A DNA stretch of 64,000 bases from NCBI GenBank assembly GCA_965209055.1, contig OZ242374.1, forward strand, positions 928,001-992,000, written 5' to 3'. The DNA comes from Acidobacteriota bacterium. GTDB taxonomy: Bacteria; Acidobacteriota; UBA6911; RPQK01; JAJDTT01. Both the position numbers and the translations under genes were made by a program. The notes beneath the pieces are model-generated. The model worked only from the letters and a program-made list of their open reading frames with translations. It did no database searches and was not told the DNA's origin. Position 1 is the stretch's first letter. Each line of letters starts with the position of its first letter. Shown here piece after piece: positions 8,765 to 16,981 of this stretch.

Positions 8765-9742
8765 ATGCCGATTCGGAACATCATCCAGGCAGTCAACGAC
8801 GGTCTGCGCACCGAGATGCGTCGCGACCCCAGCGTGGTGGTTCTGGGTGAAGACGTAGGGCATTTCGGCGGGGTCTTCCGCGCCACCCAGGGCCTCCAGA
8901 AAGAGTTCGGGGATCAACGGGTATTCGACACGCCGCTGGCCGAGTCGGGCATCATCGGGACCGCCATCGGCATGGCCATGTACGGTTTTCGGCCGGTTCC
9001 CGAGGTTCAATTCGCGGACTTCATCTACCCCGCCTTCGACCAGATCGTCAACGAATTGGCCAAGATGCGGTACCGTTCCGGCGGCCAGTACACGTGTCCC
9101 ATGGTGATCCGCACTCCCTATGGCGGAGGCATCCGGGGAGGGCACTACCACTCCCAGAGTCCGGAAGCCTATTTCGTCCATACTCCCGGTCTCAAGGTGG
9201 TGGTGCCGGCGACTCCCTACGATGCCAAGGGACTTCTGATTTCGGCGATCCGGGATGACAATCCGGTCATCTTCCTGGAACCGAAGCGAGTCTATCGGGC
9301 GGCCCGGGGCGAAGTTCCGGACGGCGACTACACCGTGGAACTGGGCCAGGCCAGCGTCGTTCGGGAGGGTCTGGACGTGACTGTCGCGGCCTACGGCGCC
9401 ATGCTCCACAACTGCCTTGAGGCGGCCGAACAATCGGAAGAGGAAGAAGGGATCTCCTGCGAAGTGGTGGACCTGAGAACCCTGATGCCCTTCGACGTCG
9501 AGACGGTCTTGAGTTCGGTCCGGAAGACGGGCCGCCTGGTCATTGTCCACGAGGCCCCCCGGACCTGTGGGTTCGGCGCGGAGCTGGCGGCGACGGTCGG
9601 GGAGAAGGCGTTGCTGCACCTGCAGGCCCCGGTGACGCGGATCACCGGTTTCGACACCCCCTTCCCTTATGCTCGCGAAGAAGACTACCTGCCCGGGATC
9701 GAAAGAATCCGAAATGGCTTCCGCGAGATCGTCGAATTCTGA
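8765..9742 (+). CDS. 2-oxoacid dehydrogenase E1 beta subunit
   Basis: GEDVG, GGVFRAT, DTPLAE, HSQSPEA, VVDLRTL. Confidence 0.95.
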   Translation: MPIRNIIQAVNDGLRTEMRRDPSVVVLGEDVGHFGGVFRATQGLQKEFGDQRVFDTPLAESGIIGTAIGMAMYGFRPVPEVQFADFIYPAFDQIVNELAKMRYRSGGQYTCPMVIRTPYGGGIRGGHYHSQSPEAYFVHTPGLKVVVPATPYDAKGLLISAIRDDNPVIFLEPKRVYRAARGEVPDGDYTVELGQASVVREGLDVTVAAYGAMLHNCLEAAEQSEEEEGISCEVVDLRTLMPFDVETVLSSVRKTGRLVIVHEAPRTCGFGAELAATVGEKALLHLQAPVTRITGFDTPFPYAREEDYLPGIERIRNGFREIVEF

Positions 9743-9752
9743 GTAGAGCCCT

Positions 9753-10928
9753 ATGCCGTACCAATTCAGGCTGCCCGATATCGGCGAAGGCATCGTGGAA
9801 GGCGAGGTGGTTCGCTGGCTGGTTCGGATCGGCGACGAGATCGAAGAGGATCAGCCCATGGTGGAGGTCATGACCGACAAGGCCACCGTCGAGATCCCGT
9901 CACCCGTCAAGGGCCGCGTCGTGGAGCAGGGAGGCAATGAAGGAGACGTGGTCCAGGTCGGATCCGTGCTCGTGGTGATCGAGACCGGCAAGGAGGAAGC
10001 CGAGTCTCAGCCGGTCCACACCGCGTCTCATACACCCACTCACAGGCCACCGATCCGGCGGCGGCGAAAAACGGCTCGGATCCTGGCGACCCCGGCCATC
10101 CGGCGCCTGGCCAAACAGATGAAGATCGACCTGGAAGGGGTCAAGGGCACCGGTCCGGGCGGACGGATCACGAGGGAGGACCTGACCCGGGCCCAGGCGC
10201 CTGCGCCGGTCTCTCCGGCCGTGCCGGCCGCAGCCGGGCCCACCGAACGGATTCCCTACCGGGGGATCCGGCGGCGGATCGGCGACCATATGCTCCAGGC
10301 CTCCAACCACGCCCCCCATTTCACCTATGTGGAAGAGGTGGACGTGACCGAGTTGGTCCGGATGCGCCAAAGGGCGCAAGGCAGCGAGGAATTCCAGGGA
10401 GTCCGTCTCACCTTTCTGCCCTATATCCTGAAGGCGTTGGCCCACGAGCTGAAACGGCATCCCGATCTGAACGCCCGTCTGGACCTGGATGCGGGGGAGA
10501 TCGAACTCCGGAAGTATTACAACATCGGCGTCGCCACCCAGACGGAAGAAGGGCTCATGGTTCCGGTGATCCGGAACGTGGACCGGAAGAGCCTGCCGGA
10601 ACTGGCCCGGGAGATCTCCCGGATCTCGCAACTGGCCCGTGAAGGGAACCTGAAGCTGGAGCACCTGCAGGGAAGCACCTTCACCGTGACCAGCCTGGGC
10701 GCCCTGGGAGGCATTGTCGCAACGCCCATCGTCAACTATCCCGAAGTGGCCATCCTGGGGGTTCACAAGATCGCACCCCGGCCGGTCGTGCGCTCGGGCC
10801 GGATCGTGATTCGGGAAATCATGCATCTCAGCCTGTCTCAGGACCACCGGGTGGTGGACGGCGCCGTCGGCGCCCGGTTTCTGCAAGACGTGATCGCCCG
10901 CCTGGAATCCCCCGAGACCGGCCTTTGA
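9753..10928 (+). CDS. Dihydrolipoamide acyltransferase E2
   Basis: Lipoyl domain (EVMTDKA), E3-binding ATPAIRRLA...GTGPGGRI, catalytic DHRVVDGA. Confidence 0.95.
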   Translation: MPYQFRLPDIGEGIVEGEVVRWLVRIGDEIEEDQPMVEVMTDKATVEIPSPVKGRVVEQGGNEGDVVQVGSVLVVIETGKEEAESQPVHTASHTPTHRPPIRRRRKTARILATPAIRRLAKQMKIDLEGVKGTGPGGRITREDLTRAQAPAPVSPAVPAAAGPTERIPYRGIRRRIGDHMLQASNHAPHFTYVEEVDVTELVRMRQRAQGSEEFQGVRLTFLPYILKALAHELKRHPDLNARLDLDAGEIELRKYYNIGVATQTEEGLMVPVIRNVDRKSLPELAREISRISQLAREGNLKLEHLQGSTFTVTSLGALGGIVATPIVNYPEVAILGVHKIAPRPVVRSGRIVIREIMHLSLSQDHRVVDGAVGARFLQDVIARLESPETGL

Positions 10929-10948
10929 ACCGGAGCCTCCATCGCCCT

Positions 10949-12115
10949 ATGGACGAACTGACGAGACGTTCCCTGCTCCAATACGCATGCGGCGCGACGG
11001 CCGCGGGCGTGGTGGCCGGACCCGCCGGGGCCGAGGCGCAGGGCCTTGCCGGTGGATTGACGGGGGCGTCACTTTCGGCTCCGGGAACCGCTGCGGATTC
11101 CTATCGGGTGGTTCCGGAAGAAGAGGGCAGCCGGCGTTACGGCATGGTGGACGACCTGTTTAGTCACATCCGGGACCGCTCCGACGTCAAACGGGAAATC
11201 CTCTACTGGCTCACCGACGGCCGGTCCTCATTCCTGGGCGCGACCAACCGGTTCCAGTTCGTGGAGCCCATCATCCGGCCCCTGTACCGGCAGGCGGGCA
11301 TTCCGCTGGAGTTCGGATACGGACTGGGATTGCAGGAGAGCCTCTACCGCAACTACAGCGTCTCCTACGCCAACGCCAAGGGCATCTGGCAGATGCAGTG
11401 GGCGGGCCGCCGATACGGTCTGAGGGGAGGAGACTATTTCGACGTCGTCAAATCCACTCAGAAGCAGTTGGAGTACCTCCGCGACCTGGTGAAGGTTTTC
11501 TCCTGGAACCTGGAGCTGGTGCTGGTGGACTACAACTATGGGCCCGGCCACAAGTTTGCCCGCTACAGCTCCAACCCCAATGCGTTTCGCAGGATCGCCA
11601 GCCGGCTCCCACGCGAGACCCGCCGCTACGTCCCGCGAGTCCTGGCCGCCACGGCCATGGGCATGGCACCCGAGCGATTCGGACTCGACATTCCCCGGCT
11701 GGACCCGCGAACGGTGACGATCCCGCTGGAACGCAGCCTCCACCATCTGGAGTTGGGGCTGCTGCTGGGCACCGACCATTGGAACCTGGGCAACCTGAAT
11801 CCCCGGGACAGTATCCGGGTCTGGTTCAAGGAGGGGGAGGAGGTGACCATTCCCCGGATCTTCCAGGAAACCTACCCGGAGCGCATCGAGAAACACCCGC
11901 TCCGCGAGGAATTCCACGGCTTCGTGGCCAACGTCTATCCGGCCCCGGGACAGGCCATCGAGTACCGGGTCCAGAGTGGCGACTCCCTCTTCAGAATCTC
12001 CAGGCGCTTCAAGCATTGCGGAGTGGAAGGGCCGAATCAGATCATGCTCTACAACGGCCTGAACAGCACCGTGATCCGTCCCGGCCAGAAGCTGCTCATT
12101 CCCTGCGCAGACTGA
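10949..12115 (+). CDS. MltD-like lytic transglycosylase with C-terminal LysM domain and Tat-like signal
   Basis: QES catalytic Glu, AKGIWQM, YNYG, ETRRYVPRVLA; LysM YRVQSGDSLFRIS; TRRSLL N-terminus; alternative TTG start at 10925. Confidence 0.85.
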   Translation: MDELTRRSLLQYACGATAAGVVAGPAGAEAQGLAGGLTGASLSAPGTAADSYRVVPEEEGSRRYGMVDDLFSHIRDRSDVKREILYWLTDGRSSFLGATNRFQFVEPIIRPLYRQAGIPLEFGYGLGLQESLYRNYSVSYANAKGIWQMQWAGRRYGLRGGDYFDVVKSTQKQLEYLRDLVKVFSWNLELVLVDYNYGPGHKFARYSSNPNAFRRIASRLPRETRRYVPRVLAATAMGMAPERFGLDIPRLDPRTVTIPLERSLHHLELGLLLGTDHWNLGNLNPRDSIRVWFKEGEEVTIPRIFQETYPERIEKHPLREEFHGFVANVYPAPGQAIEYRVQSGDSLFRISRRFKHCGVEGPNQIMLYNGLNSTVIRPGQKLLIPCAD

Positions 12116-12125
12116 AGCGGCAGGA

Positions 12126-14894
12126 TCACGGCCGCCGGCTCCAGTTCATCTCCACCTTCACCCGGGCACCCTGAGGAGCGCCCGAACCCGGTCTCACCAG
12201 TCGAAATCCGAATCCTGCAGTGGGAACCCGGGCGCTGCCGAAGGGGAGGTGCGGGTTCAGATAGCGGGCGGGGTCGGAGTCGCTGAACTCGTGGAGGGCG
12301 GGAAAGTCGACGCCGTCGAAGGGGACCATCTGCCCCTTTTCCTCCCGATAGAGGACGATCCCATCCCGGAACGGCTCCAGGGCGAAAGGCGCGTCCGCCG
12401 AGTGATTGTGGCGGAGCAACCGGTCGTAGAGCCGGTAGGTCAGACGGTTCTTCCGTAGACGAATATCGACCAGGTTGGTGGTTCCACGGTAAGGGCTCCG
12501 GTCCGGTCCCGGCAACAACTCGTTGTAGAGCGTGTAGCCGTAGATCAGTTTCTTGTCCCCGAACCGGAGACGTTCCAGAGGCGGCCCGTCCTCCGCCTGG
12601 CGGCACGCTTCCCGGTCGCTCGCGGGCAGGTCGGGGGGAAAGTACTCCGGACGGCGCTGGAAACAGAGCACATCCAGGTAGTTCCGGCGCAGCCACTCCT
12701 GGGCCTTCTCGTCGAACTCATAGTAGCTTCGATCCTTCTCCCGCTTGAAATACCGCTCCGGCACGGCCGGATACCGGTACTCCTGGGGAATCGAGTCCAC
12801 GACCAGGAGAAAACCCTGGCCGGGACCCTGCATGGAGGGTTCGTTCTGGCTCCAGAGAAAAGAGCCGTTGGCATACCAGAGCACCACCCCGGACCGGTAG
12901 CGGACATCGAAGGCCCGGAACTCGCCGCTTTCCGGATCCCGATAAAATATCTGCGACTCGCGGCGCAATGTGCTGTCGTAGTTGAAAACCGATTCGAAGT
13001 CCTGCCACGGGTCCCGGTACTCCAGCACGTAGAAATGGGGGACCGGGAGCCGGTGGACGCCTCCCGAAAGGCTGAATCCTTCCACCTCCCATCCGGTCAG
13101 GCCTGAACTTTCGAAATCTTCGGAGAAACCCACGGCCTCAAGCTTGAGGTTGTCGATGAGGGCTCCCGCCTCCACCGCGGCCATGTCGGTGAAGTAGTGG
13201 AAGCGGATCTCGACCTTCTTGCCCCGGTAGGCCGACAGGTCGAAGCGGGCGCGTATCCATTGCCCGATCTCGCACGGGTCTTTCTCTCCCCCCACCCGGT
13301 CCTCGGCCAACTGCTTGGGACGGGACGGATCGCACCCGGGCGCCGATTCCACCTTGCCGTCGGCGTCCAGATCGCCGCTGCGGCCCGTGAAGCCGGGGAG
13401 GGTGCCGTCGCCGTCATGACCCTTTCGGGACGGCATGATGCTCTGGGAGTCCTCCGCCGAGTCCTTGTCCGTAGGGAGAAGGCGCCGGTAGTTCAAACCG
13501 TCGGTGGAAGCCTCAATGTAGAGATAGTCGTAGTCTCCCTCGATCTCGAACCAGAGGTCGAACTCCAGGACGGGCTTTTCCCCGACCCCGGTCAGATCGA
13601 ACGTCCGGGAGAGGTATCGATTCATCTCGTTTCCCTGCCCCGTGTAGACGGCCTGCCGCTGTTGGCGGGAGGTCAGAGGCCCCAGGTCCAACGACCGGAC
13701 CTTGGGGGGAAGGATCACCATGACGGCGTCGCACAGCCCTGGGGGACGGCTCCCTCCAGGCGTGCCGGACCAGTCGTTCATGGTCTTGAGGTGAAACGAA
13801 CGGCTCCCGGCTCCCCCGAACTCCGGGGGCCGAAGCACGCAGGGCGCCAGCCACCCCAGCATCATCCGGGACCAGGCGCTCAGCTCCTGCGGATACCTTC
13901 CCGCCGTGCTGCTCATGGCGTCCCAGGCCGCGGTGGAGTTGTTGGTCCGGCGGGCGTAGATGTCCGGCAGTCCCAGGGAATGGCCGAATTCGTGGATGAA
14001 GGTGGAGACGGAGGTGTACTCGGACTGCATGTTGTAGTCGTAGACCCAGAGTCCCTCGCGAACCCGAATCCCGCCGCGGTCGTTGGTGATGCCCTCCAAC
14101 GCCGGACCCCGGCCCAGATTCTTGCTCAGGGCGTAACGGTGGGGCCAGATCCGGTCGGCGCACTCCCGCTCCCGGGGGCTGAGCCGGTTCACCAGGTCGG
14201 CGGGCGCGTTTGCGGTGAATTTCTCCGAGAGCTTGTAGAGGCCCTGGCACGAGGACTGGCCCTTCCCGGCGTAGACCAGGACGAAGTGGTCGATGTAGCC
14301 GTCCGGTTCTTCCGAGACCCCGTCGCCGTCGTAGTCGGTGGGGTCCCAGACGTCGAAGTCCCCCCAGGGGAAGTCGGGACGGGCCGCATAGGCGGCGCGG
14401 AAGGCGTCTTCCACCAGGCTCTCGGGCGAGTTGTCGTTCCGCCATTCCCCGTCCGAGAGGCGGGAGGGACGGCCGTAGTGGGAGAGCGGTTTGTCCACGG
14501 TGACCAGGGAAAAGACCGTCCCGGTCACGAAGAACCTCCCCCGCGACTGGTGATGGTAGTAGTGGGTCAGGGTCTTCCTGCGGGGCTGCCGGAGATTTTC
14601 CGAGAAGAGCAACTCCTGCAGGTAACGGCGGTTCTTCTCCTCGGGGTCCGGTTCCCCCCGGAAGCGCTCGAAACGGAGGTCGGAGAACTGGACCGGGATG
14701 ATGAGCAGCCGGTGAGGCCGTTCGGGACTGCTGCGTATCGGACGAACGGAGTCGGTTTGAATCTGGGGATGCCCGAGCTGATCAAACCGCAGATGGGCCA
14801 GGGACTCGACGATGGCCGCCGGGTCCTTGTCGGCTCCCCGCAGCGGCGAGCCCGTGAGGACCAGGTACAGCCCGAACAAAAGGATCAACGGCAT
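12126..14894 (-). CDS. Immune inhibitor A / peptidase M6 family secreted metalloprotease
   Basis: HEFGHSLGLPDIY zinc motif, DGYIDH, IWPHR, WFEIEGDYDY; signal peptide. Confidence 0.9.
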   Translation of the reverse strand: MPLILLFGLYLVLTGSPLRGADKDPAAIVESLAHLRFDQLGHPQIQTDSVRPIRSSPERPHRLLIIPVQFSDLRFERFRGEPDPEEKNRRYLQELLFSENLRQPRRKTLTHYYHHQSRGRFFVTGTVFSLVTVDKPLSHYGRPSRLSDGEWRNDNSPESLVEDAFRAAYAARPDFPWGDFDVWDPTDYDGDGVSEEPDGYIDHFVLVYAGKGQSSCQGLYKLSEKFTANAPADLVNRLSPRERECADRIWPHRYALSKNLGRGPALEGITNDRGGIRVREGLWVYDYNMQSEYTSVSTFIHEFGHSLGLPDIYARRTNNSTAAWDAMSSTAGRYPQELSAWSRMMLGWLAPCVLRPPEFGGAGSRSFHLKTMNDWSGTPGGSRPPGLCDAVMVILPPKVRSLDLGPLTSRQQRQAVYTGQGNEMNRYLSRTFDLTGVGEKPVLEFDLWFEIEGDYDYLYIEASTDGLNYRRLLPTDKDSAEDSQSIMPSRKGHDGDGTLPGFTGRSGDLDADGKVESAPGCDPSRPKQLAEDRVGGEKDPCEIGQWIRARFDLSAYRGKKVEIRFHYFTDMAAVEAGALIDNLKLEAVGFSEDFESSGLTGWEVEGFSLSGGVHRLPVPHFYVLEYRDPWQDFESVFNYDSTLRRESQIFYRDPESGEFRAFDVRYRSGVVLWYANGSFLWSQNEPSMQGPGQGFLLVVDSIPQEYRYPAVPERYFKREKDRSYYEFDEKAQEWLRRNYLDVLCFQRRPEYFPPDLPASDREACRQAEDGPPLERLRFGDKKLIYGYTLYNELLPGPDRSPYRGTTNLVDIRLRKNRLTYRLYDRLLRHNHSADAPFALEPFRDGIVLYREEKGQMVPFDGVDFPALHEFSDSDPARYLNPHLPFGSARVPTAGFGFRLVRPGSGAPQGARVKVEMNWSRRP

Positions 14895-14931
14895 GGCGCC
14901 TCCCAAACAGTTTCGGTCGGTTGAAAGGGGG

Positions 14932-14997
14932 AGTTTAGCAGTCCGGGTGAAGTGCAGTCACCGCGTGCGACTTTCCCCGCGGACTGTTAATCTCGGC
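14932..14997. promoter_or_regulatory. Back-to-back divergent promoters, both with the CGGACTGnTAnnnT motif
   Basis: Minus 14932-14945 CGGACTGCTAAACT; plus 14980-14993 CGGACTGTTAATCT; 14963-14997 is 31/35 identical to 55154-55188. Confidence 0.6.
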
Positions 14998-15042
14998 GGA
15001 AATCGTAGCGCCGTAAACGGAATCCGGGTGGAGGACCCTGTC

Positions 15043-16944
15043 ATGAAGAAGGTTCGTATTCTCTGTTGCCTGCTTTGGATCTCCTGGCACGGCCAGGGGC
15101 AGGCCGGGACCCGCATCGAGATCTCGACTCCCATGCCGCCGCCGGCCTGGGCGTTGCTGGAACGGCAGCTTCTGGACGCCAACGCCGCGGCCGTCGAGGA
15201 GTTCTACACGACCTACCACGACGACCGGGGCTACCTGCTGCACACACCGCGCTGGGGGACTCTGGACGGCACCGACGATGCCATCGAATGCTACGCCAAC
15301 TGGACGCTGCTGCACATGCTGGGCGCGTCCGACCTGGTGCTGAACCGCTACAAGCAGGGTCTTGAGGGTCACCTCCTCCAATACAAGGAGTTGAAGACCG
15401 TCAAGACGACCGTCGCCGCCGAGGGAGCCTACTACAAGGAATTCCTGCCCATGTCCGACTGGCACCACACCGGCGAGGGCATGCAGGGCTTCATGAACCA
15501 GGGCTTGTCCGACCCCAACGACCGTTCCTTCCAAACGCGGATGCGCCGGTTCGCCGGCATGTACATGGGCGAGGATCCGGATGCTCCCAACTACGACCCC
15601 GAACACAAGGTCATTCGCAGCATCTGGAACGGCAGCCGGGGAGCCATGATCCGGCGCGCGACCCGCTACGACTGGGTGGGCGACCCCTTCAAGGGGCGCT
15701 ATCACATCCTGCACAGCGCGGGCGGCCGCGAGCAGATGCTGGACGCCGAAGAGTCCTACCCCGAGATGCTGGCCCACTGCGCCGAGTACCTGCACAGCGC
15801 CGGCGACCACCCCTTGAACCTGATCGCGACTCAACTGCACCTGAATGCCTACGCCATCGCCCACGAAGACAAGTACAAGAAATGGCTGGTGGAATACGTG
15901 GACGCGTGGAAGGAGCGGACGGAGAAGAACGGGGGCAACATTCCCTCCAACATCGGTCTGGACGGGAGCATCGGAGGAGAGACGGACGGCCAATGGTTCG
16001 GCGGAACCTACGGCTGGGACTTCTCCCCCTGGTCTCCCGAGCACAAGGTGGTGGCGCATCGGAACATGTTCGCCAAGGGCATGTGGCCGGGGTTCGGAAA
16101 CGCCCTGATGATCACGGGGGACCAGAAATACGTGGACGTCCTGCGCCGTCAGATGGACAACATCTACCGCCAGAAGAAGGTGGTGGACGGCAAGATTCAG
16201 GTTCCCAACAACTACGGCGTCAAGGGACCCAAGACCCAGCCGCCCATCTTCACGACCGTCGACGGCAAGCTCTATTGGGAGGAGCGGGAAACCAGCGAAC
16301 CGGGTTGGTACAACTGGAGCTCGCACCGTTTCGTGAACGAGCTCATCGACATCTACCTCTGGTCCATGAACCGGGACGACCTGGAACACATTCCCATGAC
16401 CGGCTGGATCGCGTTCCTGGAAGGCAAGGACCCGGACTATCCGGAAAAAGCGCTCCGCCGGGAGCTGTCCTTCATCCGGGAGAAGATCCAGGGTATTCGC
16501 AGCGATCTCACCACACCCGACACCCGGCTGGCCGACTGGCCGCTGGGGTTCAATCCGGCTGCTCCCTTCGAGTTGACCCGGCTCATGCTGGGCGGCCACC
16601 TGTACGGCAAGATCTACGTTCCACACACCCGGGTCCGCTATTTCGATCCGGAGCAAAGACGGGCCGGGATTCCACCCGACGTGGGATCCCTGGTGACGGA
16701 ACTGAAGCCGGACAGCGTTCGCCTGGTGCTGGTCAACCTGAACCCGGTCCACGGGCGCGAGTTGATCCTGCAGACCGGGGCCTACGGGGAGCACGAGTGT
16801 GTGGGAGTCCGGATCGGCGACCAGGAATGGACGGTGGGTGGCCGGTATTTTCACGTCAGCCTGGCCCCGGGAGCGGGGGCGGAGCTGACCATCAGCATGC
16901 GCCGTTACGCCAATCCGCCGACTCTGAGCTTTCCCTGGCATTGA
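15043..16944 (+). CDS. Secreted conserved hypothetical protein (633 aa)
   Basis: GGAGG SD, signal peptide, strong GC3 bias; motifs DGTDD, DWHHTGE, FAGMY...APNYDP, GAYGEH. Confidence 0.85.
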   Translation: MKKVRILCCLLWISWHGQGQAGTRIEISTPMPPPAWALLERQLLDANAAAVEEFYTTYHDDRGYLLHTPRWGTLDGTDDAIECYANWTLLHMLGASDLVLNRYKQGLEGHLLQYKELKTVKTTVAAEGAYYKEFLPMSDWHHTGEGMQGFMNQGLSDPNDRSFQTRMRRFAGMYMGEDPDAPNYDPEHKVIRSIWNGSRGAMIRRATRYDWVGDPFKGRYHILHSAGGREQMLDAEESYPEMLAHCAEYLHSAGDHPLNLIATQLHLNAYAIAHEDKYKKWLVEYVDAWKERTEKNGGNIPSNIGLDGSIGGETDGQWFGGTYGWDFSPWSPEHKVVAHRNMFAKGMWPGFGNALMITGDQKYVDVLRRQMDNIYRQKKVVDGKIQVPNNYGVKGPKTQPPIFTTVDGKLYWEERETSEPGWYNWSSHRFVNELIDIYLWSMNRDDLEHIPMTGWIAFLEGKDPDYPEKALRRELSFIREKIQGIRSDLTTPDTRLADWPLGFNPAAPFELTRLMLGGHLYGKIYVPHTRVRYFDPEQRRAGIPPDVGSLVTELKPDSVRLVLVNLNPVHGRELILQTGAYGEHECVGVRIGDQEWTVGGRYFHVSLAPGAGAELTISMRRYANPPTLSFPWH

Positions 16945-16981
16945 AGCCGACGGTCCGTTTCCGCGGAAGCCGCTTCGCCGC

